Below are positions 31,702-40,976 of a stretch of 64,000 bases of DNA, piece by piece. Both the position numbers and the translations under genes were made by a program. The DNA comes from Candidatus Cryptoclostridium obscurum (GTDB lineage Bacteria; Bacillota; Dehalobacteriia; UBA7702), in contig CAJFVQ010000027.1 of assembly GCA_904420535.1 (NCBI GenBank), positions 6,990-70,989 on the forward strand. Reading direction: 5' to 3'. The stretch's first letter is position 1. Each line of letters opens with the position of its first letter. The notes beneath the pieces were generated by a model that did not search any database, had not been told where the DNA came from, and worked only from the letters and a program-made list of their open reading frames with translations.

Positions 31702-31740
31702 AACCGCTATTTTCATTTGATAAAATAGCGGTTTTTGTTT
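31702..31740 (+). terminator. Intrinsic terminator
   Basis: AACCGCTATTTT...AAAATAGCGGTT-TTTG. Confidence 0.8.
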
Positions 31741-31970
31741 AAAAATCGTTTCATTAACCGCATGATATAGTAATTTCTGTCATCAAGGAGCAAATGAAAT
31801 GTCTTGAACAAAATACGCCACCTCCAAAAAGGATTGCCTTATGATTAACAATCGCACTTATATATTATATAATTGATCTAATAGTAAGATTAATTTATAA
31901 ATCATCAAGCAGTTCGGCAATGATAATCAAAGGAGTTATACACCGTAAAAATAAAAAGGAGGATGGAAAT

Positions 31971-32680
31971 ATGAAAAAGTACGTCGTATACTTCTTGCAA
32001 TCGTATTTTGTCTCATATTTACAGTTGGGGTATGGGCAAAGAATGAAGTAGCAACGAATACCAAAAAGACGAAATCACAGATTTGGACACTTAATATGAA
32101 ATGGCAAAAACTAATCAGTTTACATCAACCAAGGTTATGGCCAATGCAGGCCATTAACATAACATCAAAGTAGAAAAATGCACGACATGAACAAGTCATA
32201 ATAACACTCAATCTCTTTTTTCCACAAACGAAGCGAACGCACTGGAAGAAATTTCTTCTTACGAAGTAACGCATCATTTAGAAACAAGGCAAAAAGTAGA
32301 CGGAACGATTGAGGAAAGATATATAACCATGGTGATTTCCAAATTGACGCCTACGGATTTAAGGTGAAACGACAGTCAATCATCCCATTCCTCAAAGCGG
32401 TGCAGAAAGCAGGCAGGGCTATGATAGTTCATATTCGGTAAGAAGCCATGTAAGAATGGACTATCTTTATGTTTACACTTCAACATTCCATTATTTCCAA
32501 ATAGAAAAAGCACAAGGTTGTTGGAGGATTTTGGACGCAAACGTAACAACTCCCCTTCGCAGACTTTTTGTAACTACAGAAGATGCATTACAGAACGGCC
32601 AGCTTAAAACCCAAAGATTGGGGCCTTATTTTCCGTCACCGATGACAACGGGATATTCCTGCAACAAAATTTGGTGAATA
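31971..32680 (+). pseudogene. Decayed secreted-protein gene
   Basis: AAGGAGG RBS; a one-base frameshift restores signal peptide MKKVRRILLAIVFCLIFTVGVWA; downstream frame has several stops; 3' boundary approximate. Confidence 0.55.
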
Positions 32681-32832
32681 CAACGATCAAAGTGAATTCC
32701 GAAATGATCCATGCAGGAAGATGCGCTACGATCACTGACGTAAAAAAGGATCAAACCAATGGTCCTTTACCGTTACAGTAGAGTAGGTATGGGAAATTAC
32801 CGGGAGTTATAAATTAAGAGGGGGATGAAATT

Positions 32833-33432
32833 GTGACACGAAAAATTCAAACGATTCTCATCGTCATTGTGGTATCTCTATTCTGCATTGGCTGTAACCA
32901 GGACACCGGCATAAACCATAAAAATTTGGAGCCTTACGAAGCGTTAATCGGCGCGACCGACGCAGAAGTGGTGGAAACTTTGGGAGAAGGAACGCCGGTG
33001 GACGCTCCTGATTCAGAGAACCAGCCGGATACTGCCATCATGTGGCAGAGAGAATACCAGGGCTGTTTATTTGCAGAAGGCACCAAAGAAGATCAGGGAA
33101 AAACTGTCGTCCAATATTTTATGCCCGATTGGGATGTCATTATGGCCGATGAAGTCCAAAATGATCCCCGTGAAGTTTCCTGCGTTATTATGACGGCGAC
33201 GCTTCCCCAAGAAGACAGTGTGGCGCTTTATGAATCAGTGGCAAGTCTGCTGGGGGAACCTTATTCTGAAGAAAGCTCATTTAAAGAGACAGAGCAATAC
33301 AGCGGATATTGGCAAAAAGGAGAATTGGATTACCTGTTTTGGTATGACCCGCCCCAAAATGACGGCGAGGTTTGCGGCGTTATGTTGGTAATTCAAAGTC
33401 GGGAATACAGCAGAACCTCCACAGCGGAATAA
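32833..33432 (+). CDS. Hypothetical lipoprotein
   Basis: FCIGC lipobox, GAGGGGG RBS. Confidence 0.72.
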   Translation: MTRKIQTILIVIVVSLFCIGCNQDTGINHKNLEPYEALIGATDAEVVETLGEGTPVDAPDSENQPDTAIMWQREYQGCLFAEGTKEDQGKTVVQYFMPDWDVIMADEVQNDPREVSCVIMTATLPQEDSVALYESVASLLGEPYSEESSFKETEQYSGYWQKGELDYLFWYDPPQNDGEVCGVMLVIQSREYSRTSTAE

Positions 33433-33509
33433 CGGCCTCCCTCCTTCCACTGATCGCTCGGGAACAACGGGGGGAAACGGCAGGAACCGTTCGGCGCGAC
33501 TATACCGTG

Positions 33510-33540
33510 AAAACGGCAGTCCCCAAAGGGCTGCCGTTTT
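33510..33540. terminator. Bidirectional intrinsic terminator
   Basis: AAAACGGCAGTCC-CCAAA-GGGCTGCCGTTTT. Confidence 0.8.
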
Positions 33541-33579
33541 ATGTATCTCTTTTGCTATTTTTGCATATATAATAGGGCA

Positions 33580-34190
33580 TCGCATTTTTCCTCCGTACCA
33601 TGATTATTAAGGTAAGGATGCGCAAAGGCTTCTCACACCAATGGCGGCGAAGAGTCAGAGCATGTTCCGGTTCCCGATTTTGGGAGTATCATTGGTCGTG
33701 TGCTCGTAGACGCTGCGGGCTGGGGTTCGCTTCCTCCACAGGGAATTCCTCGACCATAAACTGCCAATCTAGTCCAAAGTGACTCGGAAATTTCCCTTGG
33801 CGAAGGATCCAGAGGTACCGAGGCAGACCCAATCGGTGAGGTCCCCTGTTTCATCAGCGGGGTATCAAACAGTTCCGAAGCGCCCTCCTGCCTCATCGTC
33901 AGGAAATGTTGGAAGAGGAATTCTTTCGACCCCTCCTGGCCCCGGTGGAATGGAGGTAGATCTGACGTCAACATCCTTGAAGGCTTCGTTTTTCATAACT
34001 TAAAATTTGGGAAGAGTCTGTGAAAAATATTCGCCGCCGGGAGGAATAGCGGTTTCTTCCAGTTGGATTTTGATGTTCTCCGATGTGATGATGTTAGTGG
34101 CTTCAATCCATGGATCTGTAGGCAAAAATGGCTAAGTAGGCAATGATCAACGGGCAGACTGTCCATTTCTTTTATTATTTCAGCTTCTTA
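33580..34190 (-). pseudogene. Decayed surface-protein locus (SipW/TasA-type N-terminal fragment plus sortase-anchored protein fragment)
   Basis: Frame-hopping translation: signal-like KKWTVCPLIIAYLAIFAY, EATNIITSENIKIQLEE, ADETGDLTDWVCLGT, LDWQFMVEEFPVEE, DTPKIG + hydrophobic stretch + RRKN. Confidence 0.55.
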
Positions 34191-34221
34191 AAGACTGATC
34201 TTGGTGTTCACATGTTTCATT

Positions 34222-34387
34222 GACATCCATAGGCATCCTGGCGGAACAAGGTGCCTATGGATGTCCTCATTCCCCACAAGGAGGACGGAGAATGAGGACT
34301 ATTACACAAACGATGCGGAATTATCGTTGTGTATCAAATCAATTGCGGGAAGTTGGGGAAGAATCATTTCTTCCCCAACTTCCCGCA
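34222..34387. repeat. Array of four adjacent inverted repeats (hairpins)
   Basis: 14-bp, 10-bp, 11-bp (one bulge) and perfect 20-bp stems, back to back. Confidence 0.8.
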
Positions 34388-34646
34388 GCAAGGGACCTGC
34401 CAAATCCCATTGCCACACTGTCTGCAGACAGCGTTTGAGCCGAGAGCTACTTATATTTTCATGATGTGAAGTATTCACAACACAAAAAAAACAAATGAAC
34501 TACATTCCCGCGTTCTAAGTCTCCTTTTCCACTTTTAATACTTTCAATTTATCCAAAAACCTAAGAAGAATGTGATAATCCCATTGTTTTTTGGGAAGCC
34601 TACAGATCAAACGAGACTCAACAAAAACTAGTATTTGAAGAGCAAC

Positions 34647-34673
34647 TTTCGCAGAGTTGCACACTCCATGAAA
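34647..34673 (+). repeat. Left 27-bp inverted repeat
   Basis: TTTCGCAGAGTTGCACACTCCATGAAA. Confidence 0.92.
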
Positions 34674-34740
34674 CTATTTGAAAAATACCTGTTCAAAACG
34701 ATTTTTCTCGCAGACACTATCCCAAATGACGGCTTGTCCG

Positions 34741-35883
34741 TTAAAACCCGATCTGAGACAATTTATCCATATTGTTCCGTTTCAGTTCCATAGAAGGATG
34801 CACATAGCGATCCAGTGTAACTTTTACAGTGGAATGCCCCAATATTTCACTGAGAGATTTCATCTCAAATCCCACTTCCACACAGCGAGTAGCAAAGGTA
34901 TGACGCAGCGTATGAAAATGAACATCAGCAATACCACACTCCTTTGCGTATTTGGCAAATCGATATTGCAACGTCCTCGGCTCCATATACCGTTCCGTTT
35001 CCCCTGTTAAAACAAAAGCTTGGGGAGACGGAATTTCCATTTTCTTACAAAAATCTACAATGAAATCTGTCAGAGGAATTACCCTGGCTGACATTGCGCT
35101 TTTGGGATCTCCAATCATTACCGCTGTTTTATTCTCAATCGGATTGTCGGGCAGTTGCAGTCGTTGCATGGTAAAATCAATACGAACCGTTTTTTTACGC
35201 AAAGAAATATCCTTCCAACGCAGCGCACAAATTTCACCGATCCTCAATCCTGTCAAAAGCGCGAAAAGCGTACCAAATTTGCAATGGTCTAAATCTGCCA
35301 GAAGGTACTGCACCAATTTTGCCTGTTCTTCCTCGGTAAGAATTCGTATTTCCCTTTTTTTCTCTTTCGGGTAAGATATATCAATCTCAAATAAATCATT
35401 GCCAGGCTGTTGCTTTACATACTTAAAAATAGAACGTAAGATCATTAAAATATCTTTCACTGTTTTGGGAGCAAGGCCTCCAGATGACTTTTCGGTTCCC
35501 TCCGTAAGCAACTTATGGCTGAAATCATTTACCGCTATGGCATTGAATTGTGATAAAATATAACCGCCAAATGTCGGTTTAATATGATTCTTTACAATAT
35601 TGCGGTATTTTACATAAGTGGAAGCCTTAACACGGTCGCGGTTACGTTCCAACCATTCATCACAAAAGCAGGAAAACTTTTTTTTACCATCGTACAGCGT
35701 CTCTGCCATCATTTGTTTTACTTGTACTTCCAAAAGTTTTTCTTTTGTCTCTCGATAGCTTTTTCCGTAAACATAGCCCAGATGTCGCTTTCCGGACGAT
35801 GTATATTCTTTGACATATCTTCCCTCCCAGCGATTATCTTTTCGTTTATAAATGTTTTCGCCTTTTTTTGCCAATTTATCCAC
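34741..35883 (-). CDS. Tyrosine recombinase/integrase with N-terminal arm-binding-like domain
   Basis: GENIYKRKDNRWEGRY, TGLRIGE (R), PKS (K), FHTLRHT (HxxR), LGH, RYVH (Y). Confidence 0.95.
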   Translation of the reverse strand: MDKLAKKGENIYKRKDNRWEGRYVKEYTSSGKRHLGYVYGKSYRETKEKLLEVQVKQMMAETLYDGKKKFSCFCDEWLERNRDRVKASTYVKYRNIVKNHIKPTFGGYILSQFNAIAVNDFSHKLLTEGTEKSSGGLAPKTVKDILMILRSIFKYVKQQPGNDLFEIDISYPKEKKREIRILTEEEQAKLVQYLLADLDHCKFGTLFALLTGLRIGEICALRWKDISLRKKTVRIDFTMQRLQLPDNPIENKTAVMIGDPKSAMSARVIPLTDFIVDFCKKMEIPSPQAFVLTGETERYMEPRTLQYRFAKYAKECGIADVHFHTLRHTFATRCVEVGFEMKSLSEILGHSTVKVTLDRYVHPSMELKRNNMDKLSQIGF

Positions 35884-36092
35884 CCTTTCTGTAAATTTTT
35901 CTGAAAATGATCAAGGATATTGACGGTCATTGTGACGGTTTATTTCCATGGTCATTGGTACAAAACCGCAGAAAAAATAAAAAAACCAAACAACTTGCAA
36001 AAAAATTCAAAATTCAAAGAAAAAACTATTGATTTTTACATCATTTTATGATAAAAATAGTACTGTAAAAGTTGCATTTTATTTATATTGTA

Positions 36093-36119
36093 TTTCATGG
36101 AGTGTGCAACTCTGCGAAA
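36093..36119 (-). repeat. Right 27-bp inverted repeat
   Basis: TTTCATGGAGTGTGCAACTCTGCGAAA, exact reverse complement of 34647-34673. Confidence 0.92.
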
Positions 36120-36377
36120 ATATTGCAAATTTTATATCAATGTAAATCCTATTATATTTTAATTTTTATACTTTACTAAAATTTCGAGTAATCTTTTAGT
36201 TATTTTGTTAATGTCAGAGCATACCTCTCAGTTTTTCATAAAAAATAATTTTAATAAATATTAATTCATAATTATTTTGACGTTTATTTTATCATTATAG
36301 AATATATATAATCTACTTAAAATTGTTCGATACTTTTTTGAACCGCCATAGAGATTTTTTATAGAAATATTTTGAAT

Positions 36378-36416
36378 AAAAAAAAACAGTGAACATCAAT
36401 GTTCACTGTTTTTTTT
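36378..36416. terminator. Bidirectional terminator downstream of prmC
   Basis: A-tract-CAGTGAACAT-CA-ATGTTCACTG-T-tract. Confidence 0.85.
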
Positions 36417-36543
36417 AAGACATTCCATTCTTTATTTTCTGATAATAGGCTTTTTGTTTATCTTTCTATTCCCAGAGAAGTATTATTCCGAAACTGATTT
36501 TCTGATTTTAATCCAAGATTGGGCGATTTGGACAGCTCTTCTT

Positions 36544-37356
36544 TTACCTGATTGCGTACAAAAAGCGATCTTTCCCTTGATAATCTTTGCGAATTTCTAC
36601 TTTTTGCCAATCCCCTTTTTTCATTTGCTCCAAAATGGCTGCCCCCTGGGTTTCACCAAATTCCATAAGGAACAGGCCGGCTCGCTCCAAATAATTGGAA
36701 ACTTGACCGATGATACGACGGCACACCTCTAGGCCGTCGCTGCCGGCGACCAAAGCCATAGAAGGCTCGTAAGTCAACTCGATGGGGCAATGTGCCATTT
36801 CTTCTTCGCTGAGATAAGGCGGATTGGCAGTAATTAAATGAAACATTTTTCCCTCTACCGGAGCGAAAAGATCCCCCTGTTCCCAATGGACATCAACATC
36901 CAGCAGGATTCCATTTTCTCGCGCCACGGAAAGCGCATCGGCGGAGAGATCTACCGCCGTGAAATCCCCGCGCAGATGTTTCGCCAAAACAATGGCGATG
37001 CAGCCGGACCCGGTGCATAGATCCAGAGCGCGGAGCTCCCGTCCTTTTCCCCATTGGAGGGCGGCCTCTACCAATAATTCCGTTTCCGGACGGGGAACCA
37101 ATACCCCTTCCCCCACTTTGAAGGAATATCCATAAAAATCCTGACTCCCCACAACGTATTGGAAAGGACGGCCGCGGAACAACTCCACCAGCGCTTTTTC
37201 GAAACGCGGCCGCGTCGCTTCCGCAAAGGGTTGTTCACGAATGGAATAGAAAGAAAGGCCCGTCACAGCCTCTATAAGCCAACGGGCCTCGTTGATTCCG
37301 TTTTCACGTTGTTTTAATCGGTCGGCAAGCCAAAGGTAAAACGCTCCCCAAGTCAC
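36544..37356 (-). CDS. prmC: Release factor glutamine methyltransferase
   Basis: PRPETE, DLCTGSG, NPPY. Confidence 0.95.
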   Translation of the reverse strand: MTWGAFYLWLADRLKQRENGINEARWLIEAVTGLSFYSIREQPFAEATRPRFEKALVELFRGRPFQYVVGSQDFYGYSFKVGEGVLVPRPETELLVEAALQWGKGRELRALDLCTGSGCIAIVLAKHLRGDFTAVDLSADALSVARENGILLDVDVHWEQGDLFAPVEGKMFHLITANPPYLSEEEMAHCPIELTYEPSMALVAGSDGLEVCRRIIGQVSNYLERAGLFLMEFGETQGAAILEQMKKGDWQKVEIRKDYQGKDRFLYAIR

Positions 37357-38426
37357 GATTCCACGCCCTCTTTCAGTTGTTTCATTTGATCATCACTGAT
37401 AAGAGCGTCAATGATTTCATCAAGATTCCCTTCTAAAATAGAGTCAAGACGATGAAGCGTTAAACCAATACGGTGATCTGTAACACGCCCTTGAGGGAAG
37501 TTGAAGGTGCGAATACGCTCTGAGCGGTCTCCACTTCCAATCATACTCTTCCGGGCGGAAGAAATATCCCCCTGAATTTCTGCCTGCATCGCTTCATAAA
37601 TGCGAGCACGCAAAACCTTCATGGCCTTTTCCTTGTTGCGAAGCTGGCTTTTCTCATCCTGACAGGAGACGACGATGCCGGTGGGAATATGAGTCAATCG
37701 CACAGCGCTTTGGGTCGTATTGACGCATTGGCCACCGGGGCCACTAGCACAAAACACATCGGTTTTAATATCGTTGGGACCGATTTCTACTTCCACATCC
37801 TCAGCCTCCGGCATCACTGCAACGGTAGCAGCGGAAGTATGAACACGGCCGGAGGCTTCAGTATCAGGTACCCGCTGAACACGGTGAACGCCGCTTTCGT
37901 ATTTCAAACGGCTATAGGCGTTCTTTCCTTCGATCAGGCAAACCACTTCTTTCACGCCGCCAATATCTGTAAAATTGCCATTCATAATTTCCATTTTCCA
38001 GCCCTGCTTTTCTACATAGCGGCTGTACATTTTAAAAAGATCATTGGCAAACAAAGCGGCCTCTTCGCCGCCGGTTCCCGCACGAATCTCCATAATGACG
38101 TTTTTACTGTCATTGGGGTCTTTGGGCAAGAGTAGAACCTTTAGTTTTTGTTCCAAATCTTGAAGTTGCTTTTCCAATGTAGCAGCTTCAGCTCTGGCCA
38201 TTTCTACCATTTCTTCATCGTCTTCCTCATTGATCAGCTCCAAAGCACCTTCCAGTTCCTCTTGCAACGATTTATATTTTCTGTAACAAACGACCACATC
38301 CTCAAGTTCTGCATGGGCTTTCACATGTTTCTGCCACTGTGCCTGGTCATTAATGACCTCGGGATCGCCGATCAATAAGGACAATTCCTCATATTTTTTT
38401 TCCAATTGATTTAGTTTTTCAAACAT
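37353..38426 (-). CDS. prfA: Peptide chain release factor 1
   Basis: [29 protein letters not shown]. Confidence 0.97.
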   Translation of the reverse strand: MFEKLNQLEKKYEELSLLIGDPEVINDQAQWQKHVKAHAELEDVVVCYRKYKSLQEELEGALELINEEDDEEMVEMARAEAATLEKQLQDLEQKLKVLLLPKDPNDSKNVIMEIRAGTGGEEAALFANDLFKMYSRYVEKQGWKMEIMNGNFTDIGGVKEVVCLIEGKNAYSRLKYESGVHRVQRVPDTEASGRVHTSAATVAVMPEAEDVEVEIGPNDIKTDVFCASGPGGQCVNTTQSAVRLTHIPTGIVVSCQDEKSQLRNKEKAMKVLRARIYEAMQAEIQGDISSARKSMIGSGDRSERIRTFNFPQGRVTDHRIGLTLHRLDSILEGNLDEIIDALISDDQMKQLKEGVES

Positions 38427-39352
38427 GAATCGCTTTCTTCCTCTGTTTCGTTCTCAAAATAGGGGCGTTTTTCATCGGGATGCTCGTCAAAGTAACCGGG
38501 AATCACTGCTTTTAATGACATCAAAGCGACTTCCAACTGATCCAGACTTGGTTCGCTGGTGGTGAGCTTTTGCAGCCACAGCCCAGGAGCCATCAAAATC
38601 CGTACAATGCGGTACTGACAATGCCCTGCAGACCAACGGGTAATTTCATAGGTGATACCCGCGATAAACGGCAGACAGATCAGTTTAATGATGATACGCC
38701 CCAAAGAGCCTTCGGTTTGTCCTACGAAAGTAAAAACAATAATCATAACGATCATCACCATTAACATGAAACTGGTGCCACAACGCAAATGCAGGGTCGT
38801 ATACTTTTTTGCGGCTTCCGGCGTCAATACATCGCCATGTTCCCATGTCGCAATGGATTTATGCTCCGCACCATGATATTGAAAGACACGACGAATGTCT
38901 TCCAGACGGCGAATAGCCACGATATACAAAACAAAACCGGCAATGCGCAAAATTCCCTCGATGAAACTGCGACCAAAGTCCCCTACCGTCTGATGGGCCC
39001 AAGTGCCGATGAATACCGGTAGTGCGATGAATAACCCGACGACGATCACCACAGCCAGGGCAATGGATAGAAACATCCCCCAAAAACCCAGCTGTTCATC
39101 TTCCTCACCGGACTGATTGGCCGACCAGGTAATATTTTTCATTCCTAGAACCATCATTTCAATAAGGTTCACAAAACCACGAAGAATCGGCCATTTTAAT
39201 ATGGGAAATTTATTTTTAATGGTATCGACAGGTTCTTTCTTTGTGATAATGGAGCCATCAGGCTTCCGCACGGAAACGGCATATTCCTTGGGCCCCATCA
39301 TCATCACGCCTTCAATAACAGCCTGACCGCCGTAATAAAATGGTTTTTTCAT
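38411..39352 (-). CDS. DUF1385 family membrane protein
   Basis: [30 protein letters not shown]. Confidence 0.9.
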   Translation of the reverse strand: MKKPFYYGGQAVIEGVMMMGPKEYAVSVRKPDGSIITKKEPVDTIKNKFPILKWPILRGFVNLIEMMVLGMKNITWSANQSGEEDEQLGFWGMFLSIALAVVIVVGLFIALPVFIGTWAHQTVGDFGRSFIEGILRIAGFVLYIVAIRRLEDIRRVFQYHGAEHKSIATWEHGDVLTPEAAKKYTTLHLRCGTSFMLMVMIVMIIVFTFVGQTEGSLGRIIIKLICLPFIAGITYEITRWSAGHCQYRIVRILMAPGLWLQKLTTSEPSLDQLEVALMSLKAVIPGYFDEHPDEKRPYFENETEEESDSCLKN

Positions 39353-39441
39353 ATTGCTCCTTTATATCAATGATATCACTGCCGTAAAGCAGGTTTTGCA
39401 ATAGCAAAAAACGGAGCTCTATCGCTCCGTTCATAGCATTT

Positions 39442-39645
39442 TTATTGAAGACCGTATTTTTTCTTAAATTTATCCACACGGCCGCCTTCTTCTACTAAGA
39501 AACGTCTGCTACCAGTGTAGAAGGGATGGCATTGGGAACAAACTTCAACCCTAATATTCTTTTTGGTGGATTTTGTAGTAAATTTGTTGCCGCAAGCACA
39601 AGTAATTTCTACTTCTTCATAAGCAGGATGAATACCTTTTTTCAT
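39442..39645 (-). CDS. rpmE: 50S ribosomal protein L31 (Zn-binding type)
   Basis: [21 protein letters not shown]. Confidence 0.96.
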   Translation of the reverse strand: MKKGIHPAYEEVEITCACGNKFTTKSTKKNIRVEVCSQCHPFYTGSRRFLVEEGGRVDKFKKKYGLQ

Positions 39646-39733
39646 ACCTAATGTCACCTCTCTTTCGGTATGGTGGATATTTTTCATGCAGAAGACATTA
39701 TAACACAGAATTCATAGGAATGCAAATACTTTT

Positions 39734-40969
39734 TTATGATTTTTTCGGACGACTGTAATTGCCCACAGCAATGCCGTTGTTTTCCAATGTTTGAATCAAA
39801 ACATCCATACCGAGGCTGCTTTCTTTGGAAAAATCCAAAGCATCATAAAAGTAATCGCAATCGATATTCAAGTTGCGGATCTGTACCTTTTGCAAGCCTG
39901 TCCGTCGGATCAGTTCCAACAGCGCCGCGATTTCCTCCTCCCGATCGGTAAAGCCAGGAAACGCCAAAAGGTTTAAAGAAACATACACGCCATGGTCAAC
40001 ACCGTAAGCGATGGATCGTTCCACATCAGCCAAAGTATAATTACGGGGGCGGTAATATCGTTGATAATGTTCCTCTTTTGCCGAAAAAAGGCTGACACGC
40101 ATGGTGTCAAGGCCGCTGTCTACAATGGTACGGATATGATCGAAATTCCCGGCATTGGTGTTGATATTGATGGTTCCCTGTTGGGTATGATCGCGGATCA
40201 CCTGAATAGATTTGGCAATACGTTCCGCCTCCAACGACGGTTCTCCCTCGCAGCCCTGGCCGAAGCTGATGATATTATCCTTCCGCTTACCGCTGAGATG
40301 AAAAGCCCCCACCTCGGCAATCTCTCTTACCTTGGGACGAAAGTCAATGCGCCCCTGGGGAGACGGGCAGCATTCGCTTTGTTGTTCTGAAATACAGCCC
40401 ACACACTGGGCGTTACAGGCGGGCGAAACAGGCAGGCCGCCTTCCCAACGTCGATAAAAAAAGTTTTGCGCGGTAAAGCAGCCGTAATTCAGAGAACAAT
40501 GAGCCAATTGGCTGACAATGCGGTTTTTCGGAAAGATATTGCGAACCCTTCGGATGCGTCGGGGCAAATCTTCCGTATTATAGTGATCGGGATGCCAGAT
40601 ACGGTGTTCATCCGTTTGGATCGCAGCCACTTTCATAGTATCCCCATCCAATGCTACGGCCGTATACCCCAACAGCGGCAAGACATCGGGGCCATCTTCT
40701 CCTTTGACATATGCGGGCAGCAGTGTTCTGGTAAAGCCTTGGGGCAGCAGTGCCGCTACAGGCCATCCCTTTTCCCCCAAAGGAACGAAATTACCGTTCT
40801 TGTCCTTTCCCAGAGGAACGCGGCCCGGCAGGGACGCAAGGGTAGCGCCGGCGGGCATGGGAATAAAGCTGTCGGCCGAGACAAATGAATCGCCTCGACC
40901 GCCTAATGCTTCCAGATCTTCGGCGACCAATAAATCGCCGTTTTCATTGGTATAAAGTAATTTCAACAT
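39734..40969 (-). CDS. Radical SAM protein
   Basis: CNAQCVGC (CxxxCxxC), SFGQGCEGEP. Confidence 0.9.
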   Translation of the reverse strand: MLKLLYTNENGDLLVAEDLEALGGRGDSFVSADSFIPMPAGATLASLPGRVPLGKDKNGNFVPLGEKGWPVAALLPQGFTRTLLPAYVKGEDGPDVLPLLGYTAVALDGDTMKVAAIQTDEHRIWHPDHYNTEDLPRRIRRVRNIFPKNRIVSQLAHCSLNYGCFTAQNFFYRRWEGGLPVSPACNAQCVGCISEQQSECCPSPQGRIDFRPKVREIAEVGAFHLSGKRKDNIISFGQGCEGEPSLEAERIAKSIQVIRDHTQQGTININTNAGNFDHIRTIVDSGLDTMRVSLFSAKEEHYQRYYRPRNYTLADVERSIAYGVDHGVYVSLNLLAFPGFTDREEEIAALLELIRRTGLQKVQIRNLNIDCDYFYDALDFSKESSLGMDVLIQTLENNGIAVGNYSRPKKS

Positions 40970-40976
40970 ATTATAA

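Larger units (their letters stand above)
34647..36119. mobile_element. Inverted-repeat-bounded segment carrying a tyrosine recombinase (candidate invertible element)
   Basis: Perfect 27-bp inverted repeats flank the recombinase gene; no target-site duplication seen. Confidence 0.7.

Noticed and set aside
33633-33974. 113-aa ORF as an intact gene
   Set aside because: Only part is in the apparent ancestral frame; better explained as a frameshifted pseudogene fragment
34200-34450. CRISPR array or integron attC array
   Set aside because: Hairpins share no repeated sequence, there is no regular repeat-spacer period, and no cas or IntI-type features are visible
34647-36119. Prophage or ICE integrase with attL/attR
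   Set aside because: The repeats are inverted rather than direct, and no phage, conjugation or excisionase genes are nearby
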